Below, piece after piece: positions 28,573 to 39,529 of a stretch of 47,714 nt of DNA. This DNA comes from a virus (taxonomy: Duplodnaviria; Heunggongvirae; Uroviricota; Caudoviricetes), in the IMG/VR virus record IMGVR_UViG_3300028805_000039, positions 191,852 through 239,565 of that record; one strand, 5' to 3'. Position 1 is the stretch's first letter, and every line of letters begins with the position of its first letter. A program made the translations under genes and the position numbers. The notes beneath the pieces are model-generated. The model ran no database searches and was not told the origin of the DNA. It saw nothing but the letters and a program-made list of their open reading frames with translations.

Positions 28573-29552
28573 TCCTCTCCTAATTTTTCAATATGATTTA
28601 ACCATTCATTAATAGTAATAGTTTCCATACCCATGCCTTCCATAACAGAACGCTATCTAATCTAATTAGAAATATACATTTTATCATTAGTAGGAATAGT
28701 ATTCCATAAACCTTTAAATTCTTTATAATATTTTGAAAAACGAATTTCTGTACTATCACGATACTCTTTATTTTCTTGATTAATCCATTCTGGTTTATTC
28801 ATAGTATAATAAGCATCAAAAATCATCATAACACTATAAAACATCGCCTTATCTTTAAGTCCACGATTTAAAAATTCATGTACTAAACATTCATTAGAAT
28901 CAAGCATATTCTTATAGGTTTTTAAAATATATTTAGGATCATGACGGCAAACACTTTCATCACGCCATTTCCAAAGATAAAATGGTATAGGACAATATTT
29001 TACATTAGTACTTAAATTCTAACATAAAATATTAAAATAACTATCTTCATGAATTGTTAAATTATTATTCCATTTAATATTTTTATCAAGTAAATAATGT
29101 CTACTATGTACTTTACCATGCACAAAAGTACTATCCATTTCATGATTTACATAAACAATTTCTTTGTTTTCAGGATTACGACTTTCTTCAATAAACATTG
29201 ATACAAGACTATCAAATCCACCATTTTTAATTTCCTAAAAAATTATAAAGAATGCACAAACAGTATAAAACATATCATCCGCATCACAAAACATAACATA
29301 ATCTGCTGTTGCATGGTTTAAACAAGCATTTCTAGTAGCACTAACGCCATGATGTTCTTCTTTATAATATTTAACTTCAAATGGATAAGAATTTAATAAA
29401 TCTTCTGATAAAAATACATCTGAACCATCATTACAAATTATTACCCCAACATCTTTAAAATCAACACTTTGCTAAATGGCAATACTATCTAATAAATTTT
29501 TTATAACATCATCAGTTTCTTTATATTGAGGTACTAAAATCTATAATTTCAT
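28569..29552 (-). CDS. family 2 glycosyltransferase (GT-A fold), 6 in-frame TAG
   Basis: ..GVIICNDGSD.., ..MFCDADDMFY..; extends track ORF 28662..28907 both ways; codon-by-codon check; RBS AAAGGAG. Confidence 0.65.
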
Positions 29553-29588
29553 AAAATAAAAACTCCTTTTTCTCTAAAAAATTTTTTA

Positions 29589-30050
29589 TTAAGCTAACAA
29601 TGCTTCCCATTCTGATTTTGTCATTAATACTAAATTACCTTCATTATTAACAACAAGTATTTTTCCAACATTAGCAGCACCCTAATTTTTTTCAACAAAA
29701 TCTGTTGCTGCCCAAGTAACTGGAGCCCCATCTCCATCAATTGAATTAATTTTAATTCCTTGTCCAACTGAAGCTTCAGATATTCCCAAAGCCAAAGCCT
29801 CTTGCATAGTAGGAATTTCAACTGGAACTCCAGCAACTTCATTTACCCATAACTAATTTGATGGAATTGTAGGCTAAGTCTCTGATACCTGGATAATCCC
29901 ATCCGCATATTCTTTTGTAACTAAATCTTTATTATGAGAAATAGTTCCATAATTTCTACCATATATTTTCCATTTTTTTTCTTCAGAGCCAAGATTATAT
30001 TTATCAGTAGAATCTGGTATTAAACCCATTCCTAAAGTTATATCACTCAT
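29589..30050 (-). CDS. hypothetical tail-module protein with in-frame TAGs
   Basis: RBS GGAGAGAG + ATG (plus CAT 30048-30050); TAA stop (plus 29589-29591); translated by eye. Confidence 0.4.
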
Positions 30051-30101
30051 CTAAACTATCTCTCTCCTTTATTCTATAATTTTATTTTATATTTGACAAG
30101 T

Positions 30102-30614
30102 TTAATCAACATTATCAACTCGAATATTACACTCAGAATCTATCGAAACTCTTACAGTAATATAATTATTAATATTCCCATTTGGAAATGTAAAATCAAA
30201 ACTTCTTGAACCAGAGGCCGGTGGAGATAAAGTCACCCCAGAAATATTATATACTGTACGCTAATTATTACTGCCAGAAGGAGCAGGGATTAAAACATCA
30301 TTATTTTGTTTTGAAATAAATCCTTCTATTGGCCCATCACATAAAACAGCACCTGGAGATCCACCAACAGAAATTGAAATACCATTATCTGTATCACTAG
30401 TGGTAATATTTGAAAAAATTGTTGAATTATTATTTGAATCATTAGCATATTTTACAGATAAAGTTGCAGGCTATACATTAAATTTTAATTTTATATCCTA
30501 ATCAATAAATTTATTTTTAGTATATAAAGTTAATGTATTATTCTTTTGTTTAGTAATTAAAAAAGTACCCTAAAATTTATTGTCAGAAGTACCCAAAGTA
30601 AAATCTACTGCCAT
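30102..30614 (-). CDS. hypothetical structural protein with in-frame TAGs
   Basis: RBS AAAGGAGC + ATG (plus 30612-30614); TAA stop (plus 30102-30104). Confidence 0.4.
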
Positions 30615-30634
30615 AAATATTAGCTCCTTTCTTA

Positions 30635-31495
30635 TTACGTATCAAATGCTAATTGTTCATTAGTCAAATCTTCTTCCCCAGTGGTTTCTTCATCATACTA
30701 AAGAACATTACCATCTTCATCAGTAATAACTTCATCATTTTCATCAGTTAAATCTTGTGTACCAGAATCACTACCAGAATCACCAGAACCAGATCCGCTC
30801 CCAGAATCACCAGAACCAGATCCACTACCAGAACCAGATCCACTACCAGAACCAGATCCACTACCTGAGCCAGAGTTACCATCATCAGTAATTGGATTTT
30901 CTTCTTCACCAGTAGAAGGGCTAGTGCCTCCTGACCAAGAACCTGCACCATTATAAACAGGAATAGTAACATCTTCAGTCCCATCAAAAACATAAGTGCC
31001 GTCACCAAATATTAATGAACCTGATAAACCGCCACCTCCGCTAGAACAACTGCTGGTCTATAATCCCAATAAAATCCAGTTTGCACCATCATATATAAAT
31101 TGACCAACTGAACCTGCATAGATTTTTAATGAATTATCTAATGGGACTGAACCATATTTCATTACAGCAATATTTCCAGAATCAGAAATATTTAATTTTA
31201 AAGCATTTGGAGTAACAGTATTTCTATTAATAAATTTAATATAAACAACTACTCCTTTAACAAGAGCAAAACCACTAATAGCAACATTTTTATACATGTC
31301 ATCTTCAGCTGTACTACATTCTCCATAAAAAGTTCCGTTTAATTGACGTAAACCTCCAGCCTAATCATCAATTGTATCAACATAGAACTTATTTGTAGTA
31401 GCATCAAAATAACAATATCCAGCTTTATGATTTGACACATTATCAATTGTTTTAGTCAAATCATTAAAATTATTAAAAATTTTAAAGAGTGCCAA
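30635..31495 (-). CDS. structural protein with Gly-Ser (GSGSGS/GDSGS) linker repeats, 3 in-frame TAG
   Basis: track ORF 31058..31297 in frame; TTG start after RBS GGAGAG; poly-(GS) encoded at plus 30780-30880. Confidence 0.5.
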
Positions 31496-31528
31496 TCTTC
31501 AGCTCTCCTTTCTATAAATTTTATAATA

Positions 31529-31560
31529 AAAAAAAATGGAGATAGTAAGCCCTATCTCCA
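31529..31560. terminator. hairpin GGAGATAG-N7-CTATCTCC flanked by A-run/T-run (terminator in the leftward orientation)
   Basis: A9 + hairpin on plus = hairpin + U9 on minus. Confidence 0.5.
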
Positions 31561-31670
31561 CAATAAAATATTTTTATATTTAAATAAAAATTAAACAGTT
31601 TTGAAAGGTATCTTACTCTTTCTCAATGATTTTAATAAATCTTAAAAACAAATTAAATACAATCGCCCAA

Positions 31671-31699
31671 TTGAAAATCTCTAAAAAATATTATATAAT
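31671..31699 (+). promoter_or_regulatory. sigma70-like promoter copy 12
   Basis: TTGAAA 31671-31676, TATAAT 31694-31699. Confidence 0.7.
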
Positions 31700-31731
31700 A
31701 TATATGTAAAATAAAGAAAGGAATTGATACT

Positions 31732-32265
31732 ATGGCTAAAATGTTTCTTATGTGTGGAAATTGCGGTTCTGGAAAAACTTATTTTGCAAAAGAGTTTGCT
31801 GAAAAAAATGGTTATAAATATGTCTCTATTGATGAGCGTTATAAGGCTCATAATGGAAGTGAAAGTAATAGAGAGAATAAATTTAAGATTTGGCTTGAAT
31901 TTTATGAATTAATTCATTATTATGAACTTACTGATTGTGATGTTGTAGTAGATACTAATGCTCCTACATTTTTTGACCGCACTGAATTTCTTAATTGGTT
32001 TCCTACTTTTGAACATCATTTAATCTGGATTGATGCTCCTATTGACATTTGCCTTGAAAATAATAGAAATAGAGAAAGAGTTATTCCAGAAGATGTAATG
32101 AAAAAATTATTTCTTAATTTTGAAGAACCCACTATGTTTACTTATACAATGTCTTGTCGGGCTCGCAGTCAGTGGAAAAGTGTTTCTATGATTAAAAATA
32201 ATAACAATCATTTTGGAAATAGAATTACTTTATTTGGAAGTTTTCCGAAAGGAGTTAAAATTTGA
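31732..32265 (+). CDS. polynucleotide 5'-kinase (T4 Pnk kinase-domain-like P-loop kinase)
   Basis: GNCGSGKTYFAKEF (cf. T4 Pnk GCPGSGKST), VVVDTN, lid ..NNRNRERVIPEDVMKKL.. Confidence 0.55.
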   Translation: MAKMFLMCGNCGSGKTYFAKEFAEKNGYKYVSIDERYKAHNGSESNRENKFKIWLEFYELIHYYELTDCDVVVDTNAPTFFDRTEFLNWFPTFEHHLIWIDAPIDICLENNRNRERVIPEDVMKKLFLNFEEPTMFTYTMSCRARSQWKSVSMIKNNNNHFGNRITLFGSFPKGVKI

Positions 32266-32471
32266 AAAATAATAATTATTTAGTTTATCTTAGTAAATTT
32301 TTTCTTTATGCAATTTTAAGTGTGTTAAGTACCGGAGTAATTATGGGAATTGTTTATTTTTTAATTTTTTGGTTATTTAATACGAAGGTATTAGCAATTT
32401 TTCTTTCTATAATTGTAGGAATTATTTATAGTATTGGTTTAATCTCAATTCGAGTTAGCGATGAGGAGTGA
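32262..32471 (+). CDS. small membrane protein
   Basis: two predicted TM helices. Confidence 0.4.
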   Translation: MKNNNYLVYLSKFFLYAILSVLSTGVIMGIVYFLIFWLFNTKVLAIFLSIIVGIIYSIGLISIRVSDEE

Positions 32472-32479
32472 GTTAAGTA

Positions 32480-33049
32480 ATGGCACTCGAAGGTCTCTAT
32501 AAATGCTTTTCTCATTGGGGCAAAGATGGCGGTACGTGGGTTATTTCTGATACTCATTTTGGGGAAGATGACTTAAAATGTGCCTATCCTAATCGTCCTG
32601 ATGATGAAACGCTTCTTAAAATAATTAACCAAAAAGTTGGTAAAGCAGGAACGTTGATCCATATTGGTGATGTTGGCGATATTGAATTTGCCAAGAGACT
32701 TAAAGGTTATAAGATTCTTATTTGCGGCAACCACGACAAAGGACCTGAATACTATGAAGGCATCTTTGATGAAGTATATGCCGGTCCACTTCTTATCTCT
32801 CCTAAACTTATGCTTTGTCATGAACCTATTAAATATCCTTATGCTTATGTAATTCACGGACACGACCATTCTGGTTCTCATTTTGAATACGGACATATGA
32901 ATGTTTGTTGTGATGTAATTGGTTATTCTCCTATTAATTTTAATCAATTTCTTAAATCCGGCAAACTTAAAGAATGTGAAAATATTGAACGTGAAACGAT
33001 TGATAAAGCAACAGAACGTGCACATAAAAGAGGAGGTAAACGTAAATAA
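32480..33049 (+). CDS. calcineurin-like metallophosphoesterase (candidate RNA 2',3'-phosphatase)
   Basis: VISDTHFGED, GDVGD, GNHD, GHDH motifs. Confidence 0.6.
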   Translation: MALEGLYKCFSHWGKDGGTWVISDTHFGEDDLKCAYPNRPDDETLLKIINQKVGKAGTLIHIGDVGDIEFAKRLKGYKILICGNHDKGPEYYEGIFDEVYAGPLLISPKLMLCHEPIKYPYAYVIHGHDHSGSHFEYGHMNVCCDVIGYSPINFNQFLKSGKLKECENIERETIDKATERAHKRGGKRK

Positions 33050-33672
33050 TGTCTACTATAATTCTTTCTATTGGAGTAGGAATTAGTGGTTTTTTAATCA
33101 CTTATTTAGTTAAACTTATTTACCCATATCTCAATATTAAAAATGAAAATAATATTCATATTTATTATAAAAATGCTTATAATAATTGGTATGGTGAAGG
33201 CAAAAATCTTCCTACTTTTACATTTGATAATTTTCTTCAATTTTATAATTTAAATCCAAAAGAATGGCAAATAATAGACATAGATGGAAAAGTGGTTTTG
33301 CCGGCCCGTAAAATAGGACAAAAAGCATATTATGGTTGTGCATATGATTATCAACCTATCTTTTTTACAAATATGTTTGAATGTAAAAAATATCGAGATT
33401 GGGCTGCTGAAAGAGTAAATGAAATAAAAAAAGAAAAAGATGGTGAAAATAAAAATAAAGCCACTAAAACTATTCTTAATGCAGTCCAAGAAGATATTAA
33501 CGAAATCCGCAAAGAAAATATAGATATTATTAATCAAACTGAAAATGATTTAGCTACAAATTTAACTGTAACAGAAACACAAAAATTCGTAGGTAATGAT
33601 GGGAAAGTTGCCCAACAAGAAGTATATCGTGGAATCGCAAGTGATGGGCATATTGTCCGGGTAATTCGTTAA
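33049..33672 (+). CDS. membrane-anchored protein, paralog family with 33935..34648
   Basis: N-terminal TM; shared motif TF(D)..L.FYN.NP..W. Confidence 0.4.
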   Translation: MSTIILSIGVGISGFLITYLVKLIYPYLNIKNENNIHIYYKNAYNNWYGEGKNLPTFTFDNFLQFYNLNPKEWQIIDIDGKVVLPARKIGQKAYYGCAYDYQPIFFTNMFECKKYRDWAAERVNEIKKEKDGENKNKATKTILNAVQEDINEIRKENIDIINQTENDLATNLTVTETQKFVGNDGKVAQQEVYRGIASDGHIVRVIR

Positions 33673-33696
33673 TAAAATGGAAGTTTAATAGATTTT

Positions 33697-33933
33697 TTGA
33701 AAGTAGAAAAAAATAAAATGATAAATAAGAAAATAAAAAATATAATTATATGGCTTGTTAATTTTATATTATTGTTTATTTCTATCATTATTGGCATGGC
33801 AATTATTTGTTCTGCTGTTTATTTTCCATTAAAATGGTTAAATTGGAATGGGACATGTTCGATTACAATATGTATAGGTGTATTATATATAATAATTATG
33901 ATAATTAAATTAATAGCGGAGGCAATGGAATAA
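33697..33933 (+). CDS. small membrane protein
   Basis: track ORF, hydrophobic. Confidence 0.4.
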   Translation: MKVEKNKMINKKIKNIIIWLVNFILLFISIIIGMAIICSAVYFPLKWLNWNGTCSITICIGVLYIIIMIIKLIAEAME

Positions 33934-33934
33934 T

Positions 33935-34648
33935 ATGGTTTGGATTTTATTAGGTATTTTTATTGGTATTCCTACTTTAATTATTGGTGGAGCAGCAATA
34001 TCTGTAAAAATTGATGAAATAAAAGAAAAAGAAAATAAGAAAAAAAAGCAAGATAAAGAGAACGAAGATATTTATAATCGCATTTTACAAACTACTTATA
34101 CTGACAAAGTTGCTAACATCAAAGGAGCTGTAAAAGAGCTTCCTCAGATGACTTTTGATCGTTGGTTAACATTTTATAATACTAATCCTGATAATTGGGA
34201 TATGGAAAAATTTACGACACATCTTAATTTAGGATATACAGATTATAATTATCTTATCCCTACTTACTATAAAACTACTACTCATAAAGGAAAAGATAAA
34301 GTAATAGAAAATACCGTAGGTATTCCTATCTTTTGGACGGATTGGCATGAAGCTGTAAAATTTCATAACTGGTATATTAATGAATATAAAAGAGGTAACG
34401 CTGCCGGTTATGAAAGAAAGCGTGACGCTTCTATGGAACAGCTTTCTAAATATCTCCAGGAAGATATTGAGGAGCGTCGTGCTCAGATCTTAAGAGACTA
34501 TGAAAAAGTAGTTGATCAGACTCAACGAGTAAAAGTTGAGGGTAGTGAGATTACTCTAGATTTGAATACTCCTGCTCAGGATAAATCTGGAGAAGAAGAA
34601 ATCGCTGCCATAATGGATAAACTTTTGGCAACTAGTGGCGGACATTAA
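33935..34648 (+). CDS. membrane-anchored protein (paralog of 33049..33672)
   Basis: track ORF. Confidence 0.4.
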   Translation: MVWILLGIFIGIPTLIIGGAAISVKIDEIKEKENKKKKQDKENEDIYNRILQTTYTDKVANIKGAVKELPQMTFDRWLTFYNTNPDNWDMEKFTTHLNLGYTDYNYLIPTYYKTTTHKGKDKVIENTVGIPIFWTDWHEAVKFHNWYINEYKRGNAAGYERKRDASMEQLSKYLQEDIEERRAQILRDYEKVVDQTQRVKVEGSEITLDLNTPAQDKSGEEEIAAIMDKLLATSGGH

Positions 34649-34660
34649 TATATAATTAAA

Positions 34661-34724
34661 AACTGCCGATTACCATTTTTTTACTAGATAATTGTAAGAA
34701 AATTGGTAATCGGCAGTTTCTTTT
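34661..34724 (+). terminator. rho-independent terminator (15-bp stem AACTGCCGATTACCA / TGGTAATCGGCAGTT) + T-run
   Basis: inverted repeat then TTTCTTTT. Confidence 0.75.
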
Positions 34725-34726
34725 AA

Positions 34727-34755
34727 TTGAAAATTTTAAAAAAATATTATATAAT
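34727..34755 (+). promoter_or_regulatory. sigma70-like promoter copy 13
   Basis: TTGAAA 34727-34732, TATAAT 34750-34755. Confidence 0.7.
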
Positions 34756-34809
34756 ATATATGTAAGTTAAAGAAAAAGATAAATAAATTTTTATTGGGAG
34801 CTGATACTT

Positions 34810-35427
34810 ATGTTTAAATTGAAACCTTCTTTTCTTCCTAAACTGCATATTGAAATTGAACGTTGGAAATATCTTGAATCTATGGACGTTTATATTTCTT
34901 CGCATGGTAGATTTAAAGATAAGAATGGTGAATTTCTTTCTGTTGGGGCAAGAAATAATTATCTTGTTTTTCGTGGAGAATCTGTTCATCGGCTCGTTCT
35001 TTCAACTTTTAAACCTGTTCCTGGTTGGGCTGGTTTGACTGTTGATCATCTTAATCATAATACTCGTGATAATAGAGTTAGTAATCTTGAATGGGTAACT
35101 CTTGCTGAAAATACCAGGCGAGCTCGTAAAGATGAGAATGATAATACAAAAACTATGCTCCAGAAGACAGAAGAAAAAATTAAAGCGGCAGAAGAAATTA
35201 AAACAGCCGAAGCACAGGCCACTACTGCTAATGATGGTATTTATGTTGTTCTTAATGGGGTAAAGCTTCCTATTGACTCGGCTTGTCAGCTTATGAAAAG
35301 TGATAAGAGTTTAAGTGCTGATAAAATTAATACTCTTATTAATAATATTAAAGAAAATGCCAAGCGCGACTATGCTTATGGTAATTGGAAAATTAGGGGT
35401 ATGGAAGCTGGAGTCCCTAATAATTAA
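34810..35427 (+). mobile_element. free-standing HNH homing endonuclease (NUMOD4 + HNH_3 type)
   Basis: ..VDHLNHNTRDNRVSNLEWVTLAEN..; SSHGRFKDKNGEF. Confidence 0.6.
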
Positions 35428-35444
35428 TTAAGGAGAAAAAATAA

Positions 35445-35972
35445 ATGAGTAAAATTCTTATTATTATTGATGCGCAGAATGATTTTATTACAGGGGATCT
35501 TGGCTCTGAAGAAGCTGAAAAAGCACGAAATAATATTTGTACTTTTATTAATGAATATGCTGAATCATATGATGAAATTTATTTAACTAGAGATACGCAT
35601 AATGAAGATTATCTTTCTACAAATGAAGGACAACATCTCCCAGTAATTCACTGTATTGAAAATAGTGATGGTTGGCAAATTGATCCTAAAATTCTTTTTT
35701 ACCTTAAAGGATATAAGTATAGCTATATCAATAAAAATACTTTTGGCTATTTAGATTGGAGTAAAGGTGTTCTTGATCAAGCAGATGAAATGACAATTGA
35801 TATTATGGGTTTTTGTACTGATATTTGTGTTATTACTAATGCATTAATCCTTAAAACTGAATTTCCAGAAGCAGATATAACAGTATGGCATAGAGGATGC
35901 GCTGGGACCAGTATTAAAAATCACGAAGCAGCTCTTGATATTATGGAAAGTTGTCAGATTAGGGTGATATAA
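35445..35972 (+). CDS. isochorismatase-family hydrolase (nicotinamidase PncA-like)
   Basis: IIIDAQNDF.., catalytic-Cys context MGFCTDICV. Confidence 0.55.
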   Translation: MSKILIIIDAQNDFITGDLGSEEAEKARNNICTFINEYAESYDEIYLTRDTHNEDYLSTNEGQHLPVIHCIENSDGWQIDPKILFYLKGYKYSYINKNTFGYLDWSKGVLDQADEMTIDIMGFCTDICVITNALILKTEFPEADITVWHRGCAGTSIKNHEAALDIMESCQIRVI

Positions 35973-36199
35973 TGATAAAGAAAAGATTAGACTATGAAAC
36001 AGAGGTATCTGATAAATTCGTAAATGAACCGACAGATGAAGAAATACAACAGCTAATTGAAATAGCTAAACAAAATCCTGATTGTATTGTTAGGATTCAT
36101 TGGTATGTGCGATATAATGGTTGGTTTGATAGAGCTATTAGTACTAATGATACTATTGAAACATTTAAAGAAAGAATGCCGAAAGTTTATGGTTTATAA
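35972..36199 (+). CDS. hypothetical small protein
   Basis: track ORF. Confidence 0.4.
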   Translation: MIKKRLDYETEVSDKFVNEPTDEEIQQLIEIAKQNPDCIVRIHWYVRYNGWFDRAISTNDTIETFKERMPKVYGL

Positions 36200-36438
36200 T
36201 GAATAAATTATTAAAAGATTTGCGAGATTGTAGCGGTTGTGGCTTTAGCGTTTGCCGTGATGCTATTAATTATTGTAAAACTCATAAAGATTGTTCTCCA
36301 TTAGCTTATTTAATGATAATGTATAATGGAGTTAAATATGAAGATATAGATAAAGTAATTAAAGAAGAAACAAAAAGATTGCTTGATAATCCTCCATATT
36401 GGGCAAAAAATACTCAAATTTGTGAAGTAATTAAATAA
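36199..36438 (+). CDS. Cys-rich small protein
   Basis: track ORF, CSGCGFSVC. Confidence 0.4.
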   Translation: MNKLLKDLRDCSGCGFSVCRDAINYCKTHKDCSPLAYLMIMYNGVKYEDIDKVIKEETKRLLDNPPYWAKNTQICEVIK

Positions 36439-36632
36439 TGAAATATTATAAAATTCCTGAAAAGACTTTATGTTTACTTATAAAAAATATTTTATTTGTA
36501 AAAGCCCATGAAGAGTATTTTAATTCAATGGAAGTTTTAACTTCTGAAATAAATTATTTTGAAGAACATGGTGGAATGGAGTCTCTTGTAAATGAATATT
36601 TAGATAAATTTAAAGAATGCGAAATGGAGTGA
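36438..36632 (+). CDS. hypothetical small protein
   Basis: track ORF. Confidence 0.4.
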   Translation: MKYYKIPEKTLCLLIKNILFVKAHEEYFNSMEVLTSEINYFEEHGGMESLVNEYLDKFKECEME

Positions 36633-36638
36633 TAAAAT

Positions 36639-37907
36639 ATGCTAAATAAAGATGGAGTTCGTGAACTTGCTTATGTTGTCCTTGTTGATGGGATTGAACC
36701 TATTCCTGGATATGATAGAGTAGAACATGCTCTTATTGGTGGTTGGCGAGTAATTGTGCAGAAGGACCAGTTTAAAGTTGGTGACCCAGCTATTTATTTT
36801 GAAATTGATAGTAAGGTGCCAAAGGATAGAGAATGTTTTTCCTTCCTTGAAAAGCGTAATTATAAGGTAAAGACCTTAAAGATGTGTAAAACTATTTCAC
36901 AGGGGCTTCTTATGCACGCAAGTGATTTCGGTTGGAAAGCTTATCGGGGTATGGATCCACCTTTTGATGAACCTGCTTGTATTATTGACGATAAAAATCA
37001 TTGTTATTATGTCGATGATGAATCTCGTTTCTTGACTTCTATTCTTGGCGTAACCTATGCCGATGATGAAGATAATGCTCGTAAGGCTCCTTCTGTTGAT
37101 AAGTATAAAAAGATGGCCCAGCGTCATCCTAATATCTTTAAGAAGTCTTGGGCACGCTGGATGATGAAGCGTGAGTGGGGTCGTAAGCTCATGTTTATGT
37201 TCTTCGGTAAGAAGAAAGATAAGAAAAATGGGTGGCCTTCTTGGGTTTCAAAGACCGATGAGGAGCGTGTACAGAATATGCCTTGGATTCTTAATGATAC
37301 TGGTAGTTGGGTTATTACTGAAAAAATTGATGGTAGTTCTACTACCTTTACTATGAAACGTGGTAAGCGTGGTAAAAATGAGTTTTATGTCTGTTCTCGT
37401 AATGTATGTTTTGATAGTGTAGATAAACCTTGCTATTATGACACTAATATTTACTGGGAAATGGCACAAAAGTATGATATGTATAATGTTCTTTCAAAAT
37501 TTCTTGAAGAGCATCCCGATATTGAATGGGTAACTATTCAAGGCGAGACCTTCGGTAATGGTATCCAAAAGAGAGATTACTCTATGACAGAGCATGATTT
37601 CCGAGCCTTCAATCTTATTACTCCTAATAAAGGTCGTTGGGGCACTATGGAAATGTATAATACATTATTCACAGCAAAATATCGTATTCCTTGTGTGCCA
37701 GTCATTAACAAAGATTTTCACTTTGATTCTCTTGATATGTTGAAGGACGATGACGATAGTAATAGAGTAGATACTCTTCTTAACTTAGCTACTGGTAATT
37801 CTCAAATTGATGGACTTCCTCGTGAAGGATTTGTTCTCCGTTCTGCGGATGGCACTAAATCTTTTAAAGCAGTAAGTAATAGTTTCCTTCTTAAATATCA
37901 TAGTTAA
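36639..37907 (+). CDS. ATP-dependent RNA ligase (Rnl-type nucleotidyltransferase)
   Basis: motif I EKIDGSS (KxDG), motif IV EGFVLR, motif V KSFKAV. Confidence 0.55.
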   Translation: MLNKDGVRELAYVVLVDGIEPIPGYDRVEHALIGGWRVIVQKDQFKVGDPAIYFEIDSKVPKDRECFSFLEKRNYKVKTLKMCKTISQGLLMHASDFGWKAYRGMDPPFDEPACIIDDKNHCYYVDDESRFLTSILGVTYADDEDNARKAPSVDKYKKMAQRHPNIFKKSWARWMMKREWGRKLMFMFFGKKKDKKNGWPSWVSKTDEERVQNMPWILNDTGSWVITEKIDGSSTTFTMKRGKRGKNEFYVCSRNVCFDSVDKPCYYDTNIYWEMAQKYDMYNVLSKFLEEHPDIEWVTIQGETFGNGIQKRDYSMTEHDFRAFNLITPNKGRWGTMEMYNTLFTAKYRIPCVPVINKDFHFDSLDMLKDDDDSNRVDTLLNLATGNSQIDGLPREGFVLRSADGTKSFKAVSNSFLLKYHS

Positions 37908-37917
37908 GGAGGAAACT

Positions 37918-38103
37918 ATGACTAATAGAAATTATGACGCATCTAAATTAACGAATGAAGAATTAATTAATAGATTAAAATCTCATTCAATGTATTATGA
38001 TGAATATTGGGATTTGGAAAAATTAGAACTTGTAAAAGAAGATACAGCAGCAATTCTTTTTGAAGCAGCTAATAGGTTAGAACAGTTCTGGAAAGGAAAA
38101 TAA
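37918..38103 (+). CDS. small protein (paralog of 39203..39526 N-terminus)
   Basis: TNEELINRLK..YWDLEKLEL shared. Confidence 0.4.
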   Translation: MTNRNYDASKLTNEELINRLKSHSMYYDEYWDLEKLELVKEDTAAILFEAANRLEQFWKGK

Positions 38104-38117
38104 ATAAAAAGGAAACT

Positions 38118-38315
38118 ATGACTTAGTTTGTTCAAAATTTTATAGGTAAATCTTTAGACGACATAACTAAAGATATAAATGATTATATTAAATTGACAGG
38201 CTATAAAATAATTACTATGACAATGATAATTGAAGATAAATATATTTCTACTCCAAGAGTATTAAATAATTATATTCCTACTTATAAAGTATTAGTTTGT
38301 TTTGAAAAGGAATAA
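38118..38315 (+). CDS. small protein, paralog family of 3 (38118, 38318, 38732), 1 in-frame TAG as 3rd codon
   Basis: MT*FVQNFIGK...VLVCFEKE. Confidence 0.4.
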
Positions 38316-38317
38316 AT

Positions 38318-38500
38318 ATGAAAAAACAATTTATTAAAATTTTTGCTGAAACAACTATGAGCGCTTTAGAATCTAAAATCAATAATTATTTAGAAAATAA
38401 TCCAGTTAAAATAATCTCTATTTCATATAATTATATTAATAATGCTGTATTTAAAGAAAGAGCATTTATATATTTTGAGGAGGAACAAAACAATGAGTAA
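38318..38500 (+). CDS. small protein, same paralog family
   Basis: track ORF. Confidence 0.4.
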   Translation: MKKQFIKIFAETTMSALESKINNYLENNPVKIISISYNYINNAVFKERAFIYFEEEQNNE

Positions 38501-38729
38501 ACTTGATATTGCTAAAGATATTATTAAAGGGTTCTATTTCTTAGCTGATTGCGGCATCTATAATACTCGTAATATTATGGGAGATCCAATGACAACAATT
38601 TATGAAAATAATGGACTTATAATTGATATTTGTTATGAATGGAGTTATTTTGAAGTTTTTGGACTTTCCAAAACTGATTTTAATGAATTAGAAAAGTTTT
38701 ATAACACATTAGAAAAAGAGGAAGTATAA
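38494..38729 (+). CDS. hypothetical protein
   Basis: RBS GGAGG + ATG 38494 within track ORF 38442..38729. Confidence 0.4.
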
Positions 38730-38731
38730 AA

Positions 38732-38902
38732 ATGAAATAGTATATTAAATTATTTGGTAGTACTGGCAATGATACATTAACCAGTGAAATTAATACTTAT
38801 TTAGAAGAAAATAATTGTAAAATTGTTTCTGCACAATTAGCAATGAGTTCTGACTTTCCAAATTATAAAACTATATTAATTATTTTTGAGGAGATTGAAT
38901 AA
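38732..38902 (+). CDS. small protein, same paralog family, TAG as 3rd codon
   Basis: MK*YIKLFGSTG...ILIIFEEIE; TAA 38900-38902. Confidence 0.4.
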
Positions 38903-39210
38903 TGTTAAATCGCACTTAGTATAGAGCTTATTTACGAAAAAATAAAAAAAATAAAAATCTTTCTATTTGCCCTAAGTGTAATCATAAATCACTTTTCTAT
39001 TCAACAGCAAGAGGTGAAAATGATACGGTTATTAAATGCGATATTTGCAAAGATATAGTTTTTGAAGGCCCTGATGTTACTCGTATGGTGCCGCCTGGAA
39101 TTTATCTTCCATTGCCTTTGGATATTTTTGAAATTGTTCTTAAAACCCCTCCAAAAGAAGAAGATAAAGTTCAAGAAGCAGAATATGTAGAAGTAAAAGA
39201 AAATGATTGA
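38902..39210 (+). CDS. zinc-ribbon protein, 1 in-frame TAG
   Basis: CPKC...CDIC; ATG overlaps previous TAA (TAATG). Confidence 0.45.
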
Positions 39211-39526
39211 TTGTAATTTTAATGTATCTAATTTTACTAATGAAGAATTAATTAATAGATTAAAATATCTTGCTGATTTCTATTGGGAATATTGGGATTT
39301 AGAAAAATTAGAATTACTTGAAGCTGATACAGCTGCTGTTTTATATGAAGCAGCTAAACGATTAGAAAAATTTTATTCTTTAAATACCAATGAAATGTGT
39401 GATTGCTATCGTCCAAATATGTATAGAGATAATATAGCAAGATGTTTTGGTACAAAAGAAATTGATCCATGTAATTGTAATGGAAATAAAAATAAATGTG
39501 ATTTTTATAATAAAGGAGAAAAATAA
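39203..39526 (+). CDS. hypothetical Cys-rich protein
   Basis: track ORF. Confidence 0.45.
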   Translation: MIDCNFNVSNFTNEELINRLKYLADFYWEYWDLEKLELLEADTAAVLYEAAKRLEKFYSLNTNEMCDCYRPNMYRDNIARCFGTKEIDPCNCNGNKNKCDFYNKGEK

Positions 39527-39529
39527 ATA

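Noticed and set aside
38902-38960. Apparent frameshift in an A7-T-A8 tract of the zinc-ribbon gene (possible transcriptional slippage)
   Set aside because: On recounting the nucleotides the ORF 38902..39210 is continuous in one frame (AAA AAT AAA AAA AAT AAA AAT).
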